Source: Naegleria gruberi (Eukaryota). From it: a stretch of 64,000 nucleotides of DNA. The stretch lies in assembly GCA_000004985.1 (NCBI GenBank), contig GG738859.1. One strand, given 5' to 3'. The position numbers were made by a program, and so were the translations under genes. Below, in pieces: positions 13,123 to 23,290 of the stretch. The notes below the pieces were generated by a model. The model saw nothing but the letters and a program-made list of their open reading frames with translations, did not search any database and was not told the DNA's origin. How positions within the stretch are numbered: position 1 is the stretch's first letter; every line of letters begins with the position of its first letter.

Positions 13123-14736
13123 TTAAGATATTAAGATGAGCCTTATTCGTTTACCCCTGCATAATTCGACAAGTGTTTTTCTTTGTTTACGGGTTATGTA
13201 ACAAGAAAGAATAATTTCTCTTAAATTCAATTCTCTTAACCAAGAAACGAGAGTGTCAAATTCTATTCCATCGGTAGCTACAATATACAAAACTCTTATT
13301 TGTTTCATAAATGAGCTATTCAAAATACAGTCCAAGGCATCAACCAAAAAAGAAATTCTCAAATACCTAAGATTTTTCAAATTACCATCATCAAACATTT
13401 TCATGGTCTCAATATTTGCCCTGTGTGAAATTCTTAATTCTTTCAAATTTAACAATTCTCCTTTAGAAATATAATGAATGCCCATGTTATCAATCCAATC
13501 ACTTAGCTCCAATGATTCTAGAGATCTTATTTTGGATATAAATTTAATATCATTTATATTAAAGTAAACAACAAGTAAATGTTTTAAATTTGATAGACAT
13601 GTTAGTGGCTCCAATGAACATGATAATTGAATGTAAATACTGAGAGAAGTTAAATTAGGAACAGAGTTGCAAAACTGTTGGAATTGATAAAAATTTGATG
13701 GTGTGTAGTTCTTCTTTCTATTATGAAGAGTACAAGTTAATAGATTTTCCATTAATGGAAAATCTTCTGTTGATGAGATGTTCTGAATATCAAAGACGGT
13801 TAATTGTTTTAAATTGTTACCATTTAAATATTTGAAAGCAGTCCCTGATTCCCCTATGACAAAATTTTCAAGTAATGTTTGTTTTGAAAAATATTTACAT
13901 ATTAGTTCGTCGATTTCTGTTCCTAAATTCTCAGTCGGATAGTATCGGAAGGTTTTGAAATTAATGCCAGAATTTAGAATCGACGTAATCGTTTTTTCAT
14001 GTAACAATAATCCGTCTAGAGATAGTGATGTTAAATTCAGGAACAATGTTGCATCAAAATCAATATTATGTATAGTTTTGTTTTCGTGAATAGATAATTC
14101 AAGCTCTTTTAAATTAGAAATGGAATTAGGCTTAAGTATTTGTTTTACATTGTTATCGTTAATAGGATTACGAATAGAAAGGCTCTCAAGTGTCTGAAAC
14201 CAATTTAAATCAACTTGTTTTAGCCCATTTGAACTCAACTTCAAGTTTTTTAGTTCTTTTAAGCACTTCATCACTAATAAAACATCATTATTAGTTAACT
14301 TAACACAAGTAATCTCAAGACTTCTAATATTTGAATAATAATTCCCTTTAAAAGTGGAACGATAAAAATTTACAGTTTTAAAACTTGTTACTTTTGGAGA
14401 TTGAATAATAGATTTGAACTGGGATTTTGTTATATCGTGTTGTATATCAAAATCTGTAAATAATAATGGTAAATCACCAATAGGTAGCTTCATTGTATAA
14501 TTTAGTTTAGTTAAAATGTAGTAATAATATGTCTTAAATTCTTTACGAGCATTCGGAGAGAAACATGATTGTCTCCATGATGAACAAACAGAAGCAAATC
14601 TTATCATATCGTTTTGGTCAAGAAATGGAATAATATTAAAAATAATAATATCATCATCAAAAGGGGTTAATTGTTTAGAAAATCTCGTTCTAACATAATC
14701 AATTGTCAACCTATTGAATAACGGAAAACAGTGCAT
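13123..14736 (-). CDS. F-box / leucine-rich-repeat protein (537 aa); a possible extra 5' exon lies at 14888..14784
   Basis: The N-terminal F-box (IIIFNIIPFLDQNDMIRFASVCSSWRQ) is followed by many degenerate LRRs (LKELELSIHENKTIHNIDF, LTSLSLDGLLLHEKTITSIL...). An alternative model joins ORF 14888..14784 (MAGSVKRRATSVQKSIISFIEECEVLEKDKAWQRR) through a GTCAGA..CAATAG intron of about 75 nt into RLTIDYVRTRF in frame. Confidence 0.6.
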   Translation of the reverse strand: MHCFPLFNRLTIDYVRTRFSKQLTPFDDDIIIFNIIPFLDQNDMIRFASVCSSWRQSCFSPNARKEFKTYYYYILTKLNYTMKLPIGDLPLLFTDFDIQHDITKSQFKSIIQSPKVTSFKTVNFYRSTFKGNYYSNIRSLEITCVKLTNNDVLLVMKCLKELKNLKLSSNGLKQVDLNWFQTLESLSIRNPINDNNVKQILKPNSISNLKELELSIHENKTIHNIDFDATLFLNLTSLSLDGLLLHEKTITSILNSGINFKTFRYYPTENLGTEIDELICKYFSKQTLLENFVIGESGTAFKYLNGNNLKQLTVFDIQNISSTEDFPLMENLLTCTLHNRKKNYTPSNFYQFQQFCNSVPNLTSLSIYIQLSCSLEPLTCLSNLKHLLVVYFNINDIKFISKIRSLESLELSDWIDNMGIHYISKGELLNLKELRISHRANIETMKMFDDGNLKNLRYLRISFLVDALDCILNSSFMKQIRVLYIVATDGIEFDTLVSWLRELNLREIILSCYITRKQRKTLVELCRGKRIRLILIS

Positions 14737-15061
14737 TTTTTTACAATAAAATCGGAAGTAAAAAAATGAGCAAACTGGTCTGACCTTCTCTGCCAGGCTT
14801 TGTCTTTTTCCAAAACTTCACATTCTTCAATGAAGGAAATTATCGATTTTTGGACGCTTGTTGCTCGTCTTTTGACAGACCCAGCCATTATTTCATCTCA
14901 ACCCAAATAATGTTTAAACCAGGCGAAGGATCATTTGAATTGCATCCAATGAATTATCTCTACTATCTGTTTCATGCGGTAAAATTACTTCGTCAAAGGC
15001 TATTTCTTATAATTTTACTTTAGATATCAAGAGCAGAAAAGCTCAAGATAATACTCCATCT

Positions 15062-15326
15062 GTGAATGATGTAACACATGAACTTAAATCTACCTTAGGT
15101 AGTTTATGGGAAAAGGTTACCAAGTTATTAGATTTTTCAAATGCTTCTATTATGACTTACATTATTTGGGGTTTAATTTATTTGTGGTGTGATTACATTA
15201 CTGGTTATTGGAATTATCATTTTTGTTTTAATATTCCCTTATATTAGTCCATGCCTTACATGGTGTTGTATGTGTTGTTGCTCTGGCGGTGGTGGTCGTA
15301 GTGGAATGATAATCAAGCATGAATAA
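15062..15326 (+). CDS. candidate small Cys-rich membrane protein (CYSTM-like C-terminus CCMCCCSGGGG), split over two frames
   Basis: ORF 15062..15247 (MNDVTHELKSTLGSLWEKVTKLL...TYIIWGLIYLWC) and an overlapping +1 frame ending at 15326 (LLVIGIIIFVLIFPYISPCLTWCCMCCCSGGGGRSGMIIKHE) each carry a predicted transmembrane segment. No homology anchor was recognised. Speculative. Confidence 0.2.
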
Positions 15327-15584
15327 AAAATGGAATTCGACAATCCTCCAAAGTATCTCGTGGTCTTATTAAATTATCTTTAGTCAGCATGTGGTATTTA
15401 CCTGCTGATTTTAATACATTCCTCTAAATTGAAGAATTTGAAAAACACTAAATTGAACCAGAAGAGCAATGAATGCTTTATGATTTTCATAGTTAGATAT
15501 TTAATTTGAAACTGTTTATGAAAAGATTTTGTGAGGAAAACCACCGATGCAAATCGTAGGTCGTGTTAGGATAATGTAAGATAT

Positions 15585-15700
15585 ATGTATTCGGGTGTCA
15601 CGAACTACACTTTCATTACGCCTTCACAATTTAGATTGCTACGGCTTGCAGATATACTAGACTTCTTGGTCCGTGTTTCAAGACGGGACGTTCCCAAATA
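15585..15700 (-). rRNA. about 110-nt fragment homologous to eukaryotic nuclear LSU (25S/28S) rRNA, D2/D3 boundary region; not a complete rRNA gene
   Basis: The minus strand reads CCCGTCTTGAAACACGGACCAAGAAGTCTA...GGCGTAATGAAAGTGTAGTTCGTGACACCCGAA. The first block is the universal eukaryotic LSU motif (the reverse complement of primer LR3, CCGTGTTTCAAGACGGG, sits on the plus strand at 15671-15687). The second block matches yeast 25S CGCGTAATGAAAGTGAACGTAGG. The downstream GGACCCGAAAGATGGTGAACTATGCC block and the 5' LSU motifs are absent. Confidence 0.55.
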
Positions 15701-16978
15701 CCATACCAACAATATAATAATAACCTATAGTTTGCGACACACCCTATCAACTACGACCGGTACCACACCAAAGCCGTGAAGCAATGGCATAGCAAAAGAT
15801 GTTCGTACATTGAGAGCAAACGAGATCACGATTTTTGCTCTAGAGTAATATTGGACACGACAGAAACAGAGAGTACATACACTATTTACTCAGTGGATAC
15901 AAATTCGTGGCTTGTGTTAGGATCAAAACAAAGAAACGTAGACAAATATCTGCAACATTAACGGCCTTTGAACATTATTAAATTCCGTAGAATACGCTCA
16001 ATTACAAATGTCATGTAAAATTTTCTCTATGTTGGTAAGATTACAAGTTCATCACTTTATACATTCACTAAAGTAGAATTTAGAATACTATCCTAGTAGT
16101 TTAAGCGTTGTTTATGGTACAACTAGAATAAAACAAAGTTTACCTAAGTTTGTGGAGTTATTTCGGAAATTATCATCGATACCAATTGGTTTGATTCGAT
16201 ATATTTCATCCAACTCAATTCTTAATTATTGATTCATCATTCAAGGTTCTATGTCCATCTCAATGTTATACTCCAAGATTTTGTAAATATGATTAAGTAC
16301 AACAGTTTGAGTTTCATTTATTTAACTCTAAATGAATTCGAGATATAAACCATTTTTATTACTGTACAAAATAATTAATAATTTCAACATTATTTGGGTT
16401 ATATTTTTCTTAACGTGCAACAGTTGCAGAACCAGTTCCACCACGAGTGAGGTACGAACGAGCAAATGACAAGCAATAATTTAATTTCAAAAAATCAAAC
16501 AATTTGGATAATGCCAAAACACAAAACAACTGTGATCAGCAAAATTGAAGGAGTTTGTTGCTGAGTTTCCAAATGTCGTCCTTCATTCTTTTTGAAGATA
16601 ATTCTGTTGTGAATGGCTGTTTCTGAATGTTAATGACAAGAAGAATGTAACTAACAAATTACAGTCTTGCACTTAAATAAATCCAACTATTCAGTTCTTT
16701 CCAATTTTATTAATTAAACAGAAGAGTGTTGACAGCACCACAGGTGTTGAAGAGAAAAAATTAAAGTCCATTAATGTTCATTATTATCTGATCTATTTAC
16801 CACATACGTGAATGTAGTAAGAATCCAATAAAGCAACCTGCCATTGGGAGATTTGACTCTATTCAGAAGACGTATCATCTAACAAACAAGGCGCAAATTT
16901 TCATCATGAAAAAGAACAGACAATATCATCAACAAGAAGAAAAAGGAATTATCTTCAAAAAGAAAGAAGGACGAAGAG

Positions 16979-19900
16979 ATGGTGGAGAATAATCGACCTA
17001 TTGTTAATGAAGATGGAATCAAGACATCATCTGAAGCTAAACTAACACAATTTAACCACTCCTCACATCATCAAAGGCTTCATCAAAATATTAACAAGGG
17101 TCTCGGGGAAGAACAACAATACAAATTTCCTTCATCTATTACACCAGTTCCACTGGCCAATATTCATGCCAATGCATCAGCGACTAACTTACTGCTAACT
17201 TCATCAACATTCTTTAATTCTTCAAGTGAATCACTTGGTGGTAGAACCATTTCGAGAAACTCCTCCAATACTCTAAAATCCCTACTAGAAAATGTTCTCC
17301 CTCCATTCTTTACTCCATGTGTGCCACCTCATGCATCATTCAATTACTATTCAGAACATTATTGGGGAGAACATGCCTTATCACTAACCTCCTTCTCTCC
17401 AATTCTTCATTATGAAAAAAAGTCATCTCTAACGATTATTTGTCGATACACACCTCAACAAACTAGGAATTCTTCAAGAAGGGAGAGACCTTCCTCTCAA
17501 AAGGAATTAATAGAGAATGAGATTTATTGTCTGAAAGTTTCACTGGACAAACCATCCATTCCAAAGCTGGAAAGGGATGCAGAAATTTCTCGATTCTTGA
17601 CCAATGAATTTTCTCAAGTGTTGGATCCAACACAACAGGTTATTGTCCGTACTAAGGCCTATTTGTCCGATTATTTTATTCTTGTGAGGGAGTTTATTGA
17701 TTGTGTTTCGTTGAGATTATTCATTGATCGATCGAAAACATACAATGCTAGAGTAGAACCAATTACTGATCATGAGAATTTTGAAACCTTAACAAATGAT
17801 ACTGTAACACTTCTCAATGAAGAACAACGAGTGAAAGAAAACATTACAATATTGGAAAGTAATTTAACACTTGCTATTTCTATTTGTATGAGTGTTGCTC
17901 AACTGCATCACTCAAGAGTTTGTCATGCTGACATTAAGCCAGAAAATATAATTGTAGATGGACCTAAATGCAATATAAGATTGATTGATTTTGGAAAGAG
18001 TACATTCCTCCCTTTGGAGCATCCATTTTTATATACTGATAAAATTATTGGTAGTCGAATGTATTGTGCTCCAGAGGCAACGGGGAAAATTCCAAAACCA
18101 ATAGGTTTCCACACTGATATATATTCGCTTGGATTTGTTCTCTTTGAGTTATTTTCCAAAGAACATCCATTTACCAAGTTTAGGGCAGTAGATTTCGTAT
18201 TTCAACATTTGACTCAACAACCAGAGTCCTTGTTTCAAAATCTAGCAAGAAGGTCTTTTATATCAGCCAATGAAGGAAACCTATTCACAGCTGCTACTAG
18301 AGCAATTTCAAGACTTATTACCAAAGCCATTCAAAAATCTATTGAGAAACGTTATTTGAGTATTTTTGGATTGAAACGAGATTTGCTCTACATACAGAAT
18401 GCTATTCAACTAGAAGATATGGAAGCTCTTGAAAATTTTCAAGCTGGTATGAACGATGTTCAAACAACTTTATCCATACCTTATGGTGTCTATGGTAGAG
18501 AGGAAATTTTCGAAAAATTGAAATTGAAACTTGAAAATATGATGGAATCTAGTGAGTCAATGATTGTCCTTCTGGGAGGCTATAGCGGCATAGGTAAATC
18601 AAGTATTGTTAAGGAGTTTAGGACAAGAAGTAAAACAGCAATACAGTTCTTTGAGGCAAAATACGATCAACATATGAATATCCCTTACTATGCCATTATT
18701 TCTATATGTAAACAAATTATTGGCGACGTTCTTGGAGAATCTGAATCAGTGATTAAGGATTTCAGATTCCAATTTGGTACACTTATCAATTCAGATCAAT
18801 TAGAAATGTTGAGTGATGCAATTCCTGATATGTCATATTTATTTACAACTAATCTAGCCAAAAAGCATACCTCCCCATCAATGGGAGATCAGAATGGAGA
18901 GCGTATGAAGCTCTTTTCACAAGGAAGTAAGTAATATTTTTTTAATTTAACATTATAACAACAATATAGTTATTCATCTCTTTAGTTGTTATACTCATTT
19001 AAAAAAGAAGAGATTGTGCATTTTCTTGGATGACTTGCAGTGGACTGATTTTGATAGCATGAAGCTATTAAAGGAAATTCTTGGAACAACTGGTTCTTGC
19101 GATACTGTTCCTCTTTTAATTATTGGAGCATATAGAAATAACGAAGTGGGAAAGGATCATCCTCTATTTTACTTTTTAGAAAATCTCAAACTTAAAGTGA
19201 ACATTGAAGAAATCCAAGTTGTTGAATTGACACAAGATCAATCTAACATGATTGTCTCAGAGTCTTTAAATAGAGCTGAAACAGAAGAACTAACCAAAAT
19301 ACTCTTCCCTAGGACAAATGGAAACCCCTTCTTTTTAAAGCAGTTATTGGCTGGTTTATTTAAGGATGGAGCTATTTATTTCGATACTCAAACAGATACT
19401 ATTACATGGGATAAAAAGAAAATAGAAAATGCAGAATACATATCTGAAAACGTTATTGACTATCTCCTTGGACATTTGGAGAAATTACCAAAACAAACAC
19501 AAGATATTCTTGCATTTGCTTCTTGCTTTGGAAATAAGTTTTCCAATAAAGACATGCTCCACCTACTCAATCAGCAACAAGAAGACAAGATAGACTTGAT
19601 GCAACTAAAAGAAAGATTGAACTATGCGGTGAAGGAGGGATGGATTTCAAATATCAATTCTGGTCATTTACGATTTAATCATGATAGACTCCAACAAGCT
19701 GCTTATGAATCACTGCCTTTGAATGAAAGGTTGAGAATTCACTATAACTATGGTAAGCAGCTTTTAAAAAAAGCAGAGGAAGATGATTCTTTGGAGGAAC
19801 GTTTATTTGATATAGTTGTACAGTTAAATCACAAACATGATGATCCTGCTTTCTTGGAGAATAGAGACGAGAGAAGATTACTCATTGACCTCAATAATAG

Positions 19901-22900
19901 AGCGCAAAGNNNNNNNNNNNNNNNNNNNNNNNNNNNNNNNNNNNNNNNNNNNNNNNNNNNNNNNNNNNNNNNNNNNNNNNNNNNNNNNNNNNNNNNNNNN
20001 NNNNNNNNNNNNNNNNNNNNNNNNNNNNNNNNNNNNNNNNNNNNNNNNNNNNNNNNNNNNNNNNNNNNNNNNNNNNNNNNNNNNNNNNNNNNNNNNNNNN
20101 NNNNNNNNNNNNNNNNNNNNNNNNNNNNNNNNNNNNNNNNNNNNNNNNNNNNNNNNNNNNNNNNNNNNNNNNNNNNNNNNNNNNNNNNNNNNNNNNNNNN
20201 NNNNNNNNNNNNNNNNNNNNNNNNNNNNNNNNNNNNNNNNNNNNNNNNNNNNNNNNNNNNNNNNNNNNNNNNNNNNNNNNNNNNNNNNAAATCTGATATT
20301 CTCAATTTGCCAGATATTGATGATTTGGAAAAGTGGCATCTTATTTGTTTGCTCACTCAATCTTGTCCTGCTGTTTTTCATTTGAATAACTCGCTCAGCA
20401 AACACTACTTTATGATTATGATATTAATATCGTCTGATATAGTTTTAAATAATGGTGTTACTCCTCTTTCTCCATTGTTAATTTCAGTCTTTGCATGGTC
20501 TTGGTGTAATTTTGAGTTTTATCCTCAGATGAACATGTTCTTAGAGGCAGGATTAGAGATGGAAAAGACTAGATACAGGAATGAGCATGAATTGGCAAGT
20601 TGCACATTTATCAAGTTGATGAGTTATTACTTTTCGCCAACAATTAACCCTCTTGAGGTGTGGAATATATCGGAGGAAGCCTTCTTATTGTCTGTGAAAT
20701 CAAAGAACAAACACTATGGTGGTTTCTCTATTCTATGGTATCCATTCCATCACTTATTCTATAGCCACGGAGATGTAAAGACTTCTATTGGATTGAGCTT
20801 GAATTCAATTGAGATTTTAAAGAGAAATGGAAATGTTATGTTGATGGATGCCAGTAAAATGATACTGGAATTGAAATATGTTCTTTCAGGAGATGTAGAC
20901 CATTTCCAGCCAACATATGTAAGCCAAGTGAAGGAATATCCATCCTATAGACAAATGCACTACTCGTTCAAGGGAATTTCACTCTATTTCCAAAATGAGA
21001 TTGAAAAATCTTTCAAGTGTATGGAAAAATCGTATGATTTTAGAGAAGACTCTGTTGGCATGTGTTCTAGCTGGATTGATTTAATCTTTCTAGGTTTAAT
21101 CTCAGCTATCTTTTTGAGAAGTGCTCAAGAAAAGATTGAAAAAGCCCAAGAAATATTGAAATACTCCATAGAAAGATTGGAAATGATTTCCCAAGTTAAT
21201 TCTTCTGTTTTTCTTGCTCCTTTGGAGTTAATAAGAGCCGAGACGTTGTACTCAGAATATTGTAGAACAGGTGTCGAAAATACTAGAAAAATCATTTCTC
21301 ACTATAGAAAGAGTTATGTTATGGCTGAAAAGGAAAGAAATACCTTTTTAGCTAGGCTGATTAATTTGAGAACAGGAGAATTTTATAACAGTCTAGGTAT
21401 GGATGATGGTATTAGTGGAAACTACTTCCTTAGAGCTATGGAATCTTTTGAACAGTTTGGTGCTTCCATCGTTGTTGATTATATTTTGGAGAATTATTCA
21501 GGTCACATTGATGGCTATTCATCATTTAGTAATAGAAATCCTGAACAAGTATTCTCTAATACTTCTCTATCTGATGAATCAACAGATCACACTCTTGCTG
21601 GAGTAACAAAGAGCAGAATTTCTGAATCAACAGAATTGGATTTTAGAGAGATTTTCATTTCAATTCTGCCAATTCTTTCAGAACAAACGTTATCACCAAG
21701 ATGTTGTTTGATTTTGAAGAGAGATTCAACAGTTTATGTAGATGCCGAATTTAATGCAGGTATGAATTCTATTGAAGCACTTTCGTCCATCAAACAATTC
21801 GAAAATAGTGATTTGGACAAGTTTTCAGATTCATTCCCTCTCAAGATGATCCACAGAACTCTAAGATCCAGAACAGAGCAACAACTCGTATGGAATGACA
21901 ATGAGAAAGAGTATTACTTTGTGAAGAATGTAGTGGCCTCTGCTTTATCTATTCCTATCATGAAGAAAAAGACAGTAATAGGTATGCTTTTATTATTTAT
22001 ATTATTTAATGTATTAAGGTTGTATATACTTGGAAAATAAGGAAACGAAGGATGTATTCACAACTGAAAAAATTAACCTTGCCAAACTTATCATCTCTAT
22101 CAGTTTAGACAATGCTGGAATTTTCACATCCATTAACAAATCCTATGCTAGGTTTTTACCTGCTGAATTCCTAAAATTGCTTGGCAAGAGTCATGTAACT
22201 AAGATAAGGTTGGGTGATGCAATTTCTAGGGAAATGACAGTGCTCTTCAGTGATATTTATGGATTTACAGAGATTATGGAGGGACTTTCTGCAAAGGATG
22301 GCTTTGCTTTTATTAATCTACTATTGAAGAGTATTGCACCTCCAATTTCAAGAAACTCTGGATTTATTGACAAGTTTGTTGGTGATGGAATATTGGCATT
22401 GTTTATTGAACCACAAGGAGCTGTCACTGCAGCTTTAGAAATGATTTCAGAATTGGAAGTTTTCAATACTAGAAATAATACCAATGTAAAGTTGGGTATT
22501 GGTTTGCATCATGGTATTGTTCAACTTGGTACAATTGGATATGAGCAACGTTTGGATGCTACTGTTATTTCAGATACTGTGAACACAGCTAGCAGATGTG
22601 AATCTCTCACAAGAACTTTTCATTCACATATTCTAGTTACTAAACCAGTTATGGATGTTGTTACAGTGCCACACAGTGTGATAAGTACCGTATTGGGTAA
22701 ATTCATGCTGAAAGGAAAACACATACCTCATCAAATATACAATATAGCTTCCAAGTCATGGAAAGGAAGTGGTACTGCTAAAGAATTCACTTTACTAAGC
22801 AAAGTTATTGATCTCTTCTCAAGGAGTGAATTTACCGAATCATTTGCCCTCGCAGAAACAATTCTCAAGAATACAAAGAACAATACCATTATAGCTGCAT

Positions 22901-23019
22901 GCAACATGTATAAGGAAGCATCAACATTATACGCATCAGTTGTTTTACCAAGTGAATGGCAAGGTGAAATTAGGTTGACCAAGGATGGAGAAGTCAGAGA
23001 GTACTTTCAAGATAAATGA
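16979..23019 (+). CDS. multidomain signalling protein of about 1980 aa: Ser/Thr protein kinase domain, P-loop STAND/AAA_16-type NTPase, TPR-like helical region, GAF-like domain and class III adenylyl cyclase catalytic domain; proposed join(16979..18930,18986..21981,22019..23019); contains the N-gap
   Basis: The kinase motifs are HADIKPENIIVDG, IRLIDFGKS and GSRMYCAPE...DIYSLGFVLFELFS. The NTPase has Walker A LLGGYSGIGKSSIVKEF and Walker B KKRLCIFLDDLQWTD, plus the FNHDRLQQAAYESL motif typical of kinase-AAA-TPR/GAF sensor proteins. The segment ending KKKTVIG|CIYLENKE is GAF-like. The cyclase has VLFSDIYGFTEI (metal Asp), FIDKFVGDGILALF (substrate Lys and metal Asp) and GTIGYEQRLDATVISDTVNTASRCESLT (Asn/Arg transition-state pair). 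Intron 1 is 55 nt (GTAAT..CTCTTTAG; an alternative is 18927-18969, 43 nt). Intron 2 is 37 nt (GTATGC..TTAAG) and restores the GAF-to-cyclase frame exactly. Confidence 0.7.
19909..20288. other. assembly gap: 380 consecutive N inside the NTPase/TPR region of the kinase-cyclase gene
   Basis: A literal run of n characters sits in the sequence. The reading frame is conserved across it only if the N count is correct. Confidence 0.99.
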
Positions 23020-23290
23020 TTTCAGATAAATGAAAATTAAACAAGCAATCCATCAAACCATTCAGAATCCAATTTAAATATAAATGGAAATTATCACATG
23101 TACAACAATTAGCAAATTAATATTTTTCATATTAATTCTCTTGCCAACAAAGCCTTCATTCAAAACACGTGTTTTTAATCTCTAAAAATAAAACACAAAT
23201 TTTATTAAAAAAAATTGATCAAACAAATAACAACAACAACATCACAATAATAATAACATCATCATCATAACAATATATTCTAATAATAAA

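Noticed and set aside
15585-15961. Two short plus-strand ORFs (15585-15779 and 15776-15961)
   Set aside because: They overlap the LSU rDNA-derived fragment and adjacent non-coding sequence. They have no start context and no homology.
19829-20405. Three ORFs on both strands consisting mostly of X residues
   Set aside because: They are artefacts of translating the 380-N assembly gap.
16979-23019. Bacterial horizontal-transfer origin, or bacterial contamination, for the kinase-NTPase-cyclase gene (its architecture is reminiscent of bacterial sensor proteins, and its GC is elevated)
   Set aside because: The ORFs are joined by AT-rich GT..AG introns. The stops are TAA. The codon usage is still AT-biased. 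Flanking genes are unmistakably eukaryotic. Contamination is unlikely, but an ancient transfer cannot be excluded without phylogeny.
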